64,000 nucleotides of DNA, taken from Syntrophales bacterium (GTDB lineage: Bacteria > Desulfobacterota > Syntrophia > Syntrophales > PHBD01). The first letter of the stretch is position 1. The number at the start of each line of letters is the position of its first letter. The DNA lies in assembly GCA_963668175.1 (NCBI GenBank), contig OY764159.1, positions 1,504,001 to 1,568,000 of the forward strand. Reading direction: 5' to 3'. A program made the position numbers and the translations under genes. The notes beneath the pieces are model-generated. The model ran no database searches, had not been told where the DNA came from, and was given only the letters and a program-made list of their open reading frames with translations. Positions 12,401-22,346 of the stretch are shown here, in pieces.

Positions 12401-13237
12401 ATGATGTACGATTTTGAAAAACCGAAAGGCCTTCCGAGAAACATAGAGCGTGCCGAGAAGATTGATAAACATCTTAAAATCTCTACTCTGGCGTTGGGTT
12501 TGAAATTCTTTAAAAAAGGAGAGGAAATCGTTTCAGGTCTGGAAAACGAATCCACTTCTCCCGGGACTTTTTGTCAATTTCTATCACAGACTCGATTTGA
12601 TAGATGCACTATAAGGCAGAATTATCTGCTCAGGCGAAAAGATATTGTATGTCCTTATGCTCCGGGTGTCATCGGCTTTGAAGCCTGGGGTGAAGATGTC
12701 AATAGCGGGGATCATATGGCGGGAGTCCATTTCGAAACGGCTGAGGCAGCAAGAAGGGCGCAATCGGCGGTACCGAAGATTGAACCGTTTTCAATAGAAG
12801 CTTTTCTGATCGGACCTTTAATGGATCTCGAAATCGATCCCGATATTATAGCCATAGCGTTTCAACCGGGAATGAGCTGTAAGCTTCTGGACGGCGCAAT
12901 GTGGAATACCGGAGAACCATTCAATATCAAATATTTTAATATGTGCGGAACTTGTGGGGCCGTGGCGGATGCCTACAATAAGAAGAATTTGGTAATCGGT
13001 TTCCCCGATCACGGTACGAGAAGAATGGCTTTGTTCGGAGACGCGGAACTATTTGCAGCGATACATATAGAATTTTTTGACGAATGGATTCTCGGAATGG
13101 AGAAATCGTTCGCGACCGGCCACTCTTTTCCGGTCGGATATATGTTAAAACGACCTCCTGCGAGCGTGCCGCATTTTAAGATAAAGGAATGGCCGAATAA
13201 TATTGTTCCTTTCGGTGAAAAAATGGATAAAAAATAA
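12401..13237 (+). CDS. DUF169 family protein
   Basis: LGLKFF...TFCQFLSQTR...DIVCPYAPGVIG...IGPL...DPDII...CGTCG...GTRRMA...EL pattern of DUF169/COG2043. Confidence 0.75.
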   Translation: MMYDFEKPKGLPRNIERAEKIDKHLKISTLALGLKFFKKGEEIVSGLENESTSPGTFCQFLSQTRFDRCTIRQNYLLRRKDIVCPYAPGVIGFEAWGEDVNSGDHMAGVHFETAEAARRAQSAVPKIEPFSIEAFLIGPLMDLEIDPDIIAIAFQPGMSCKLLDGAMWNTGEPFNIKYFNMCGTCGAVADAYNKKNLVIGFPDHGTRRMALFGDAELFAAIHIEFFDEWILGMEKSFATGHSFPVGYMLKRPPASVPHFKIKEWPNNIVPFGEKMDKK

Positions 13238-13293
13238 TCTTAATACTGGTAAGTGTCTTTCTCTGAATATGGTATATAAAATCGGAGGTGAGA

Positions 13294-13599
13294 ATGTACT
13301 GTAAAATTTCGAAGGTTAAAGTATCTGGCGATAAGGTGGATACCATGATTAAATGGGTCAGGGACGTATGGGGGCCACTCATTTCTAAGCAAGAAGGATT
13401 AAGAAGATACTATTTTCTGGTGAGAGAAGATGGAGAGGTCATATTCTTTATGATTTGGTCGGATATAAGCAGTATTGACTCCTGGTCCGGTAATCCGGAA
13501 CATATGGAGATATTGCCCGCATTCAAAGATATGATCATCGGTCCCGTGGATATGAAGGTATATGAAATATGCGGCCATAGCGTGAATTGCGAGCTTTAA
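13294..13599 (+). CDS. ABM (antibiotic biosynthesis monooxygenase-like) dimeric alpha/beta barrel protein
   Basis: About 100 aa; QEG.RRYY...W.D...D.W...PEH; GGAGG RBS. Confidence 0.7.
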   Translation: MYCKISKVKVSGDKVDTMIKWVRDVWGPLISKQEGLRRYYFLVREDGEVIFFMIWSDISSIDSWSGNPEHMEILPAFKDMIIGPVDMKVYEICGHSVNCEL

Positions 13600-13616
13600 T
13601 TTTTTTTAAACAACTA

Positions 13617-13652
13617 TATACCGACCGGTCGTTATTTTATGCATTGTATAAT
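13617..13652 (+). promoter_or_regulatory. TetR-type operator copy 3 (TATACCGACCGGTCGTTAT, 13617-13635) and -10 TATAAT (13647-13652)
   Basis: Identical to copy 2; covers the expected -35 position of the promoter for the downstream genes. Confidence 0.8.
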
Positions 13653-13672
13653 ACTTGAATAGGAGAATAAGA

Positions 13673-14317
13673 ATGTCAGAGAAACCCGATTATAAATTCC
13701 TGAAAGGGAAAGTCGAGGAATTATCCAAAGGAATAAAAGACAGAACGTCCGTAGAAAACAGGTTGCTTCTTCTCATAAAAAATAATTTTTCCGAAAGAAA
13801 AAGCGATGACGAAATTTTAGCGGCTCGTGAGGAAATATTGAATAGGGTTCAGAAGAAAGCGGAAGAGTACGAACAAGTGACTCACAGCTGCGCAAAAAGC
13901 GGAGCATTAGCGGTAATGGAAGAATTCGGTTTTGGCGACATCAAAATGATTAAGGCTCTTTCGGCTATGCCGGGAGTAGCTCTCACGGGCGAAACGTGCG
14001 GCGCGGTCTTAGGAGGGCTCTTCACGCTCGGATCGTATTTCGGAAGTGACGACGCATTAAATTATAAAGGTAATATCGAATGCTTTAAGAAATCCCGTCA
14101 ATTCATAGATACATTCGAAAAAGAATTGGGTACGACAAAATGCCGTCTGCTTCATGAAACCGTCGTCTTCGGCCAATATTTCGATACATCGGATGGGAAA
14201 GAAGGGTATCCCAATTTTCTGAAGAACAATGGCTATGAGAGGTGTAGCCTGATTCCGGGAATAAGCGCAAGAATCATGACCAATATAATATTAGATCATA
14301 TAGAATCAAAAAAATAA
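13673..14317 (+). CDS. C_GCAxxG_C_C family putative redox-active protein
   Basis: HSCAKS...GETCGAVLGG...GTTKCRLL...ERC four-Cys pattern; AGGAG RBS. Confidence 0.85.
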   Translation: MSEKPDYKFLKGKVEELSKGIKDRTSVENRLLLLIKNNFSERKSDDEILAAREEILNRVQKKAEEYEQVTHSCAKSGALAVMEEFGFGDIKMIKALSAMPGVALTGETCGAVLGGLFTLGSYFGSDDALNYKGNIECFKKSRQFIDTFEKELGTTKCRLLHETVVFGQYFDTSDGKEGYPNFLKNNGYERCSLIPGISARIMTNIILDHIESKK

Positions 14318-14403
14318 TGAATAGACATGCCGCAGTTCGGGTATTCGTGTCAATATTTGCTGAATCGATAAAGTGACCGATATTTCATAAAGAGGAGATC
14401 CTG

Positions 14404-15615
14404 ATGAGATCATTGCCGGTTAGAATGCAAGATCATATGTACCACGATTTATTCTCAAGTGATGAGACACAGATTATAAGAAAGAAAGCCAGGGAATTCG
14501 CAGTTAACGAGATTGCCCCCCGTTCTTACGAAATAGCGCATCAAGAAGAGCAAAAAGAGAATTTCCCATTCGATATATTTCATAAATTGGCGAAGGAAGA
14601 ATTCTTTAAAATACCCTTTCCCGGAGAAGTCGGCGGTCTGGGATTGAAATATCCGGTCTGCGCTACCGTGGTCACCGTCGAAGAACTGGCTTATATCAGT
14701 AATAGTATTGCCGCGATATTTGATGTTCATTGCATCCTCGCGGGGCATGCTCTTATGTATGGGTCGGAATTCATCAAAAAGAAGTATTTGTCGCCGTTGC
14801 CGCTCGGGGCGAGAATAGGCTGCTTTGCGACAACGGAGCCGAATGCAAGTTCCGAACTATCGGTGAAGGCTTTGAAAACGACCGCGTATAAAAGCGGAAA
14901 TAAATATATCGTAAATGGTCAGAAACGATTCATAACAAATGCATGCGTCGCCGATTATACGACGGCATTGGTGAATATAGAGGGAAAATTAAGCATGCTC
15001 GTTATCGATCTCGACTCAAACGGCTGCAAAGTCGGAATTCCTGATAAGAAGATGGGTAATCGCAGTCAGCTTACATCGGATATATATTTTGAAAATGTTG
15101 AAGTTCCGATCGAAAATCTTATTGGCAATGAGGGACAAGGCTTGCCGATAGCATTAAATACGTTGACGTACGGCAGAGTGGGCATTGCCGCAAGCGGAGT
15201 CGGTATGGCTCAATCAGCATTCGATGAGAGTGTCGAATATATGAAAAAAAGGGAAGCGTTCGGCTCGAAAATAGCTCAATTCCAGTATTGGCAATTTAAA
15301 CTTGCCGAAAGAGCTGTCGAAATAGAAAACGCGAGAAATTTATACTTAAAGGCCGCTTTGAGAATGGACAGCGGCGAGAAGCATCCGGAACCCGAGGCGG
15401 CCGGTGCAAAATACTATGCCACGCAACTGGCGGGCGATATGGCGAGAGACGGAGTGCAAATATTCGGTGGATATGGATTTATGCGCGCCTTAGGACATGA
15501 CAATTCAAGTTATAAAGTCGAAGAAATCATGCGAGATTACAAAATCGCGGAAATATATGAAGGTACGAACGAAATACAAAAGATGATTATAGCAAGAACA
15601 ATATTTGGAAGGTGA
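14404..15615 (+). CDS. Acyl-CoA dehydrogenase family protein
   Basis: FATTEPNASS, NGQKRFITN, KKMG, R.AFG..I..FQ, QIFGGYG, RDYKIAEIYEGTNEIQ. Confidence 0.93.
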   Translation: MRSLPVRMQDHMYHDLFSSDETQIIRKKAREFAVNEIAPRSYEIAHQEEQKENFPFDIFHKLAKEEFFKIPFPGEVGGLGLKYPVCATVVTVEELAYISNSIAAIFDVHCILAGHALMYGSEFIKKKYLSPLPLGARIGCFATTEPNASSELSVKALKTTAYKSGNKYIVNGQKRFITNACVADYTTALVNIEGKLSMLVIDLDSNGCKVGIPDKKMGNRSQLTSDIYFENVEVPIENLIGNEGQGLPIALNTLTYGRVGIAASGVGMAQSAFDESVEYMKKREAFGSKIAQFQYWQFKLAERAVEIENARNLYLKAALRMDSGEKHPEPEAAGAKYYATQLAGDMARDGVQIFGGYGFMRALGHDNSSYKVEEIMRDYKIAEIYEGTNEIQKMIIARTIFGR

Positions 15616-15620
15616 CGTTT

Positions 15621-16733
15621 ATGTCTAAAAGAAGAGGAGCGGAAGAATTATTCAGAGAAGTCGTAAACAACGGCTTATGCACCGGTTGCGGTGCGTGCGT
15701 ACGAGGATGCCCATATATCGCGGTTCATGAAGGATCGCCTGTATTGCTGGATAAATGTATCGAGACCGACGGCGAGTGCTATAAAAACTGTCCAAGAACA
15801 TATACGGATCTGAATTATTTAAGTCGGGAAATCAATGGAACGCAATTTGGAGTAACGGAAATAGGGTATTACCAGGATATTAAAATGATGAGATCGATAG
15901 ATCCAAAGATAAGAAAAAAATCGCAAGACGGAGGTATCGTTACGGATATATTGTGCAAAGCACTCGAAAAGAAAAATATCGATGCTGTCGTATGCAGTAA
16001 AATGGACGAGGAAAAAAAACCTCGCGGATTTCTCGCAAGATCGAGAGACGAAATAATGTCCTGCTCCGGTTCCAGTTATGAATCCAGTTATTCTCTCGAG
16101 GCATTACATAAAATAAATCGAGATAAGGAAGAAAAAATCGCGTTGGTGGGCCTGGGCTGTCAGATTGAATCGGTGAGTAAAATGTTGACATCCAAAGATG
16201 GACCTAAGAATAATATAGAATTAACGATAGGTCTATTTTGCGGCTGGACGCTAAACCAAAAAGCATTTCATCCATATCTCGAAACAATATGCGATATATC
16301 GGAAATTAAGAGGTTCGATATACCTCACTCGCCTAATTACACTTTTGACGTATATACCAATAACGACATGAAAATATCGAAATCCCTGGGTGAAATTAAA
16401 CCTTACATAAATTCGGGATGCGATTATTGCTGGGACATGACGGCGGAGTATGCCGATATATCCATCGGGTCGGCTGGTTCGGCCTTTCCGGGGTGGAATA
16501 CGGTTGTGATCAGAACGAATCGAGGCCGTGACGCCATAGAGACGATGTTGGAGGCTAACGCACTTGAGACGCAGGAACTGCCGTTAAAGCGAATAGAACA
16601 TCTAAAGAATGCGGCAATAAATAGAAAGAAAAAAGCATTTCAGAAAATGATTGGCAATACAGAAAAGAGCGAAGAATTAATGTTCATATGCGGAATCGAT
16701 AAAAAACAATTGGACGAAATATTGAAGTCATAG
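15621..16733 (+). CDS. FrhB/FdhB-like (F420 hydrogenase/dehydrogenase beta subunit family) Fe-S flavoprotein
   Basis: CTGCGACVRGCP, SQDGGIVT, SGSSY, VGLGCQ, IGLFC, GCDYCWDMTAEYADISIG, GWNTVVIRT.RG. Confidence 0.9.
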   Translation: MSKRRGAEELFREVVNNGLCTGCGACVRGCPYIAVHEGSPVLLDKCIETDGECYKNCPRTYTDLNYLSREINGTQFGVTEIGYYQDIKMMRSIDPKIRKKSQDGGIVTDILCKALEKKNIDAVVCSKMDEEKKPRGFLARSRDEIMSCSGSSYESSYSLEALHKINRDKEEKIALVGLGCQIESVSKMLTSKDGPKNNIELTIGLFCGWTLNQKAFHPYLETICDISEIKRFDIPHSPNYTFDVYTNNDMKISKSLGEIKPYINSGCDYCWDMTAEYADISIGSAGSAFPGWNTVVIRTNRGRDAIETMLEANALETQELPLKRIEHLKNAAINRKKKAFQKMIGNTEKSEELMFICGIDKKQLDEILKS

Positions 16734-16756
16734 GCCAACGAGTTAAGGGGAATATA

Positions 16757-18697
16757 ATGAAGAATATTGCTTTAAATAAGCCGGGGGCCGAAGTGCTTCT
16801 GATGGGAAACGAAGCTGTCGCTCGAGGTGTCCTGGAAGCAGGTGTGAGTGTAGCGGCAGCGTATCCCGGCAGTCCCTCGACAGAGGTGCTTAACACAATA
16901 GCAAAAGTGTCTAAAGAAATGAAAATTCACGCTGAGTGGTCGACAAATGAAAAAGTGGCGACTGAAGTTGCCGCCGGAGCGTCATTCGCAGGGTTGAGAT
17001 CGTTTGTGGCGATGAAGCAAAACGGCGTCAATGTGGCTGCTGATTTCATAGTCAATCTGAATATGACGGGAATCGGAAAAGGAGGAATGGTTATATTTGT
17101 GTCCGACGATCCCGGTGGAAGTACGAGCAATAACGAAGAGGATTCGAGAACCGCCGCAAAATGGCTTGACAATCCGTTGATGGAACCCAGCAGCGCGCAC
17201 GAAGCAAAGGAAATGATCAAATGGGCATATGAAGTGTCGGAGGCCATCAATCTGCCTGTCTATGTCAGAGGCGTAACAAGGATATCGTATACAAAAAGCA
17301 ACGTGACGTTGGGAAAGCTGCCGGATGATCGACACAAGAAGGCATATTTCGAAGAAATATGGGATATGAATAATCCGATAAAAAGTAAATTCACTTCAGG
17401 TCCATTTCCCGTATTCCACAAGCCGCTTCACGAAAAGATCGAACTGGCGAGGGAATTATTCGAAAAATCCGGCTTCAACGAATATGTGGGAAAAGAATAT
17501 CCGGATTTATTGATTATAGCGTCCGGAGCATGCATTTCCTACTGTGCGGAAGCTATAGAACAATTAGAAGCTGAGGATAAGGTAGCCATACTGAAGCTGA
17601 AGACCACGTGGCCAATACCTGAAAAACTTATAAAAGAGCATCTCATGCGCACGAGTAAAGTGCTGTTTGCGGAAGAAATGGATCCGTTTATCGAAAGAAG
17701 TATTTTGGAAATGGCCGCCGCATCGATACTGAAATACAAGAAGATAGAATTCTACGGGTCACTGTCCGGGCACTTCACACCGTATAACGAAAAAAGCACA
17801 AATCAGGTAATCGATGTGTTGGTCAATTTGCTGAACGTGGATTATCAGGCACGTGAAGGAGGTTACGAAAATAAGGCAAAGCAACTGACGCAGATTGTTC
17901 CGAATCGGCCGATAACGATGTGCGCGGGGTGTCCTCATAGAGCGACGTTTTGGAGTATTAAAAATGCAATTAAGCTCGACGGTAGAAATGGATTTCTATG
18001 CGGGGATATCGGCTGCTACGCAATGGGATTTGCCAGCCCGGGATATTATCAATCGCGCACCATGCACGCCATGGGATCGGGCGCGGGTGTTGCGAGCGGA
18101 TTAGGCGTTTTGAAGCGGTTCGATTTCGATCAACCGGTGCTCGCGATATGCGGTGATTCGACCTTTTTTCACGCCGTCATTCCCGCACTGGTAAACGGCG
18201 TATACAACGGATCGAATTACACCCTCATCGTTGTAGACAACAGTGCTACCGCCATGACGGGATTTCAGCCGCACCCGGGAACAGGAAAGGTAGCATCAGG
18301 CGAATATTCCCCCGTGATAGATATAGCGTCGATCTGTAAGGCAATAGGCACAACAGTCGCGGTGTGCGATCCTTTCGATATAAAGGAAACAACGACGACA
18401 TTATTGGAAATGATGAAAAGAGACGGCACCAAAGTCGTGATCTCGAAGCACATGTGCCAATTATACAAAGCGGGACAGAAAATACCTAACGAATACAAAA
18501 TGCATGTAGATTCAAAAAAATGCCTATCGGATTCATGCGGATGCAAGAATGTTTGTACGAGAATATTCGGTTGTCCGGGTATAACGATCGACAGCGAAAG
18601 CAATAAAGCCGTAATCGACGAGGCAATATGTGTCGGCTGCGGATTCTGTGCAGATATCTGTCCAGCAGGCGCTATTACGAGAGAAGAGGTCATATGA
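16757..18697 (+). CDS. iorA: Indolepyruvate ferredoxin oxidoreductase alpha subunit
   Basis: LMGNEAVARG, YPGSPSTE, WSTNEKVA, MKQNGVN, MCAGCPHR, GDIGCY, GDSTFFH TPP motif, C-terminal ferredoxin. Confidence 0.93.
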   Translation: MKNIALNKPGAEVLLMGNEAVARGVLEAGVSVAAAYPGSPSTEVLNTIAKVSKEMKIHAEWSTNEKVATEVAAGASFAGLRSFVAMKQNGVNVAADFIVNLNMTGIGKGGMVIFVSDDPGGSTSNNEEDSRTAAKWLDNPLMEPSSAHEAKEMIKWAYEVSEAINLPVYVRGVTRISYTKSNVTLGKLPDDRHKKAYFEEIWDMNNPIKSKFTSGPFPVFHKPLHEKIELARELFEKSGFNEYVGKEYPDLLIIASGACISYCAEAIEQLEAEDKVAILKLKTTWPIPEKLIKEHLMRTSKVLFAEEMDPFIERSILEMAAASILKYKKIEFYGSLSGHFTPYNEKSTNQVIDVLVNLLNVDYQAREGGYENKAKQLTQIVPNRPITMCAGCPHRATFWSIKNAIKLDGRNGFLCGDIGCYAMGFASPGYYQSRTMHAMGSGAGVASGLGVLKRFDFDQPVLAICGDSTFFHAVIPALVNGVYNGSNYTLIVVDNSATAMTGFQPHPGTGKVASGEYSPVIDIASICKAIGTTVAVCDPFDIKETTTTLLEMMKRDGTKVVISKHMCQLYKAGQKIPNEYKMHVDSKKCLSDSCGCKNVCTRIFGCPGITIDSESNKAVIDEAICVGCGFCADICPAGAITREEVI

Positions 18698-19320
18698 GAA
18701 AAGATGGGAAGATAAAAGGCAGAGGCATCAATGTAATCATTGCCGGAGTTGGAGGACAAGGGAATGTCCTGTTGTCCGATCTAATCGGAAACGCGTTCGT
18801 TTCCAAAGGATACAAAGTAAGCGTTGTCGACACGTATGGCGTAACGCAGCGCGGCGGTTCGGTGGCAAGCCATTTGAAAGTGTCGCGCGACATGCCGTAT
18901 AGCTCGGTAACATTGCAGGGAAAGGCGGATGTAATCCTGGGGATGGAGCCGGTAGAAGCATTAAGGGCTCTCGGAGAATACGGAAACGACGAAGTAATAA
19001 CGATCGTCAATCCAAGACCGGTATATCCGACGGGCGGAACGGTTTATCCAAATCCGGGAAAAGTATTTGAAGCGATTGAGAGTCTCTCCAAAAAAACGAT
19101 TTATATCAAAGCGACGGAAACCGCATTGCATATGAAAAGACCCATTTTGACGAATATCATATTATTGGGGGCTTTGATCGGTACCGATATTCTTCCTATT
19201 GACAAAGAGTCAATGATTCGGGTTCTGGAGGATCGATTCGCGGCAAATATATTGGATATTAATAAGGAAGCTTTCAATATCGGAATGAAAATGGGTTCGG
19301 GTGGAATGATGTCAATTTAA
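18694..19320 (+). CDS. iorB: Indolepyruvate ferredoxin oxidoreductase beta subunit
   Basis: AGVGGQGNVL, G..QRGGSV.SH, EP.EALR, N.EAF..G; ATGA overlap with iorA stop. Confidence 0.92.
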   Translation: MRKDGKIKGRGINVIIAGVGGQGNVLLSDLIGNAFVSKGYKVSVVDTYGVTQRGGSVASHLKVSRDMPYSSVTLQGKADVILGMEPVEALRALGEYGNDEVITIVNPRPVYPTGGTVYPNPGKVFEAIESLSKKTIYIKATETALHMKRPILTNIILLGALIGTDILPIDKESMIRVLEDRFAANILDINKEAFNIGMKMGSGGMMSI

Positions 19321-19339
19321 ATGTAAAGGAGAATGGGGT

Positions 19340-20635
19340 ATGGAACATGTAACAAGTGCACAGATGATCGCAGATACTAAAAATCCAACTCACCAAAGAG
19401 CGGTACTCGTATTTATACTCCTGATTACTTTATTGGTAGCGAATCTCGATCGGGTGAACGTATCGATATTAGCGGCGGATAGCGGTTTTTTAACCGATAT
19501 GCTGATTAAAGGTAAACCCGTCGAAATTGGATTACTGATGACGCTGTTTCTGATTGCTTATGGTATTGCAAATGTGGTTCTTAGTCCCTTGGGAGATATC
19601 ATAGGTCCGAAGAAGGCGATGATGATATCGATTTTTTTATGGACCATATCTATTATGATGGGCGGCTTCGCCGCTATATTTTCTACGATGTTGATATCGA
19701 GGGCCGTTCTGGGCGTCGGCGAAGGCATGCATTTCCCGATGCAAAGTGCTTTTGTGAAGAGATGGTTTCCGCCAACTGAGCGGGGCAAAGCAAACGGCTG
19801 TTGGCTCATAGGTGTAGTAGCCGGACCGGCACTGGCTATGCCATTCTTCACCTGGATCATTTCTTCCTGGGGATGGCGCACGAGTTTCTTCGTGATGGCC
19901 TGTGTAGGGCTCATACCTTTTCTTCTGATATGGTTGTTCATCACGGACCATCCCCATCAGAACAGATTCATCAATGCTGCTGAACGTAAATATATTGAAG
20001 ATGCGTTGGAAGCGGAAGCCGAACAAGAGAAAAAAATGACGAAAGAATGTCTGAGAGAGAGGCTTTCGACATTCTGTTCCAACTATCGGTTTTGGCTGCT
20101 GACATTTAATTATTTCTGTATAGCGGCGATATGGTGGGGAATGATGGCGTGGCTGCCCTCATATTTAAAAGTATCGCGCGGCTTCAGTTGGGCAGCCATG
20201 GGAACATTATCCGCTTTGCCATATATTTTGGGCGGTATCAGTATTCTTACCGTAGGACATTTGGGAGACAAGATCGGGAGACGCGCACCGCTCATTATGA
20301 TCGCTCATTTACTAGCGGCGACAGGCATTTACTTGGGTGCGCAGGCAACAAATAATATCTACTCGGCTCTCTTTATATCGTTCGGGATTGCTTGCGTCGC
20401 CGGTGCTATGCCGCTTTCATGGTCCTTACTGCAAAATATCGTTCCCGGTAAAGCCATTGGAGCGGGATCAGGCATGATGAATGGAGTTGCCAATGGCGGG
20501 GCGGCATTCGTTCCTGTCATCATCGGTTATTTCATCGCCTTCTCCGGTGGATATACGGGCGGCCTGATGTTTTTAGTAGGCCTGGCGATGCTTGCCCTTA
20601 TATCTATGGCCTTTTTATCTTTGCAGAAGTATTAA
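19340..20635 (+). CDS. MFS transporter, anion:cation symporter-like
   Basis: LDRVNVS, SRAVLGVGEG..FP, WFPPTERGKA, WLPSYL, GDKIGRR; about 12 hydrophobic segments. Confidence 0.9.
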   Translation: MEHVTSAQMIADTKNPTHQRAVLVFILLITLLVANLDRVNVSILAADSGFLTDMLIKGKPVEIGLLMTLFLIAYGIANVVLSPLGDIIGPKKAMMISIFLWTISIMMGGFAAIFSTMLISRAVLGVGEGMHFPMQSAFVKRWFPPTERGKANGCWLIGVVAGPALAMPFFTWIISSWGWRTSFFVMACVGLIPFLLIWLFITDHPHQNRFINAAERKYIEDALEAEAEQEKKMTKECLRERLSTFCSNYRFWLLTFNYFCIAAIWWGMMAWLPSYLKVSRGFSWAAMGTLSALPYILGGISILTVGHLGDKIGRRAPLIMIAHLLAATGIYLGAQATNNIYSALFISFGIACVAGAMPLSWSLLQNIVPGKAIGAGSGMMNGVANGGAAFVPVIIGYFIAFSGGYTGGLMFLVGLAMLALISMAFLSLQKY

Positions 20636-20693
20636 CGCATCATGGATTCAGAGCTGTTAAACTGAGAAAATAATCGATTGCATGAGGATAATG

Positions 20694-22346
20694 ATGAACA
20701 AAAAAGTAGTTATAATAGGCGGCGTTGCCGGTGGAGCGAGTGCAGCAGCGAGACTACGGCGCCTGAGCGAAGAACATGAAATCATCATATTTGAAAGAGG
20801 ACCCGACGTATCATTAGCAAATTGCGGTTTGCCTTACTACATAGGCGGCATAATCGATGCGCGCAAGAAGCTGCTGGTTCAAACCCCTGCTTCCCTGTTC
20901 AAGCGCTTTAATATTGATGTCCGGACATTGAGCGAAGTAACCCATATCGACCGGCAGAAAAAAGAAGTCGAAGTTAAAAATCTAAAAACTTCTGAAATCT
21001 ACACGGAAAGCTACGATTATCTCATCCTCTCGCCTGGAGCGAAGCCGATCATACCTGATATCCAGGGCATCGACCTCCTGAACGTTTTCAGCGTACGCAA
21101 TCTTGTAGATACAGACAATATCAAGAAGTTTATCGAAACTTCCAGCCCGAAGAGAGCTCTTCTCATCGGCGGCGGTTTTATAAACCTCGAAATCGCTGAG
21201 AATATAAAGGAAAAGGGTATAGAAGTAACGATTGTCGAAATGACGGACCAGATCATGGCGCCGCTGGATATCGAGATGGCCTCTATTGTGCATGATCACT
21301 TGAGAAAAGGCGGGATTAAGCTGTTGCTGAAACAGAGCGTAACGGCTCTGGAAGGAGATACCGAGGTAAAGAGCGCGCGGCTATCGAGCGGTGATGAGCT
21401 GGAAACGGACATGGTGGTGATAGGTGTCGGCGTAACACCCGAGACGTCGCTCGCGAAAGACGCGGGACTGACCATCGGGAAGACCGGAGGTATCGAGGTC
21501 AATAAATACCTGAGGACTTCTGATGCAAGCATTTATGCGATAGGGGATGCAATTCAGGTCAAGCACCTTGTAACTGATCAGGATGTTTTACTCCCTCTGG
21601 CATCGCCTGCAAATAAGCAGGGCAGGATTGCCGCGGATAATATTGCCAAGAGACCGGCAACGTATAAAGGGACACAGGGTACGGCGATAGTCAGGACGAT
21701 GGGTCTAACGGCAGCGGTGACAGGGACAAATGAGAAAACCCTCAGGAAACTTGGTACGAATTATGGCGTATGCTATCTGCATCCGGACGATCATGCGAGA
21801 TATTATCCGGGATTTTCGGAAATGTCCATGAAACTCATCTTTGCTCGGGTAGACGGTAGAGTGTTGGGGGCGCAGATTGTGGGAAGGCAAGGCATCGACA
21901 AGAGAATCGATGTTATCGCCACGGCCATCAGGGCAGGTATGACCGTATATGACCTTCAGGAGCTGGAACTGGCATACGCGCCTCCGTTCTCTTCTGCCAA
22001 GGACCCGGTCAACATGGCGGGTTATGTTGCGGCCAATATAATAAAAGGAGACTATGAACCGTGCTACTGGAATGATTGGGCGAAGGTTCTATCTGAGGAC
22101 CCGATGCTTATCGATGTCAGGATGGAAAAGGAGGTTGAAAATATTGGGGCCATTCCCGGGGCCGTTATAATTCCCCTGAACGATCTTCGCGAGAAGCTTT
22201 CAGAAATACCCAAAGATAGGAATATCATAATTTTCTGCCAGGTTGGTTTGAGGGGTTACATCGCTGAACGGCTGTTAAAGCAACACGGATTTACGAACGC
22301 CAGGAACTTCTGCGGAGGGTATAAAACGTATAAGTCCATAGCCTGA
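20694..22346 (+). CDS. cdr: CoA-disulfide reductase with C-terminal rhodanese domain (CoADR-RHD/persulfide reductase type)
   Basis: GGVAGGASAAARLRR, SLANCGLPY redox Cys, LELAYAPPFSSAKDPVN, rhodanese IDVR...FCQVGLRGY; start may be 20682 or 20691. Confidence 0.9.
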   Translation: MNKKVVIIGGVAGGASAAARLRRLSEEHEIIIFERGPDVSLANCGLPYYIGGIIDARKKLLVQTPASLFKRFNIDVRTLSEVTHIDRQKKEVEVKNLKTSEIYTESYDYLILSPGAKPIIPDIQGIDLLNVFSVRNLVDTDNIKKFIETSSPKRALLIGGGFINLEIAENIKEKGIEVTIVEMTDQIMAPLDIEMASIVHDHLRKGGIKLLLKQSVTALEGDTEVKSARLSSGDELETDMVVIGVGVTPETSLAKDAGLTIGKTGGIEVNKYLRTSDASIYAIGDAIQVKHLVTDQDVLLPLASPANKQGRIAADNIAKRPATYKGTQGTAIVRTMGLTAAVTGTNEKTLRKLGTNYGVCYLHPDDHARYYPGFSEMSMKLIFARVDGRVLGAQIVGRQGIDKRIDVIATAIRAGMTVYDLQELELAYAPPFSSAKDPVNMAGYVAANIIKGDYEPCYWNDWAKVLSEDPMLIDVRMEKEVENIGAIPGAVIIPLNDLREKLSEIPKDRNIIIFCQVGLRGYIAERLLKQHGFTNARNFCGGYKTYKSIA

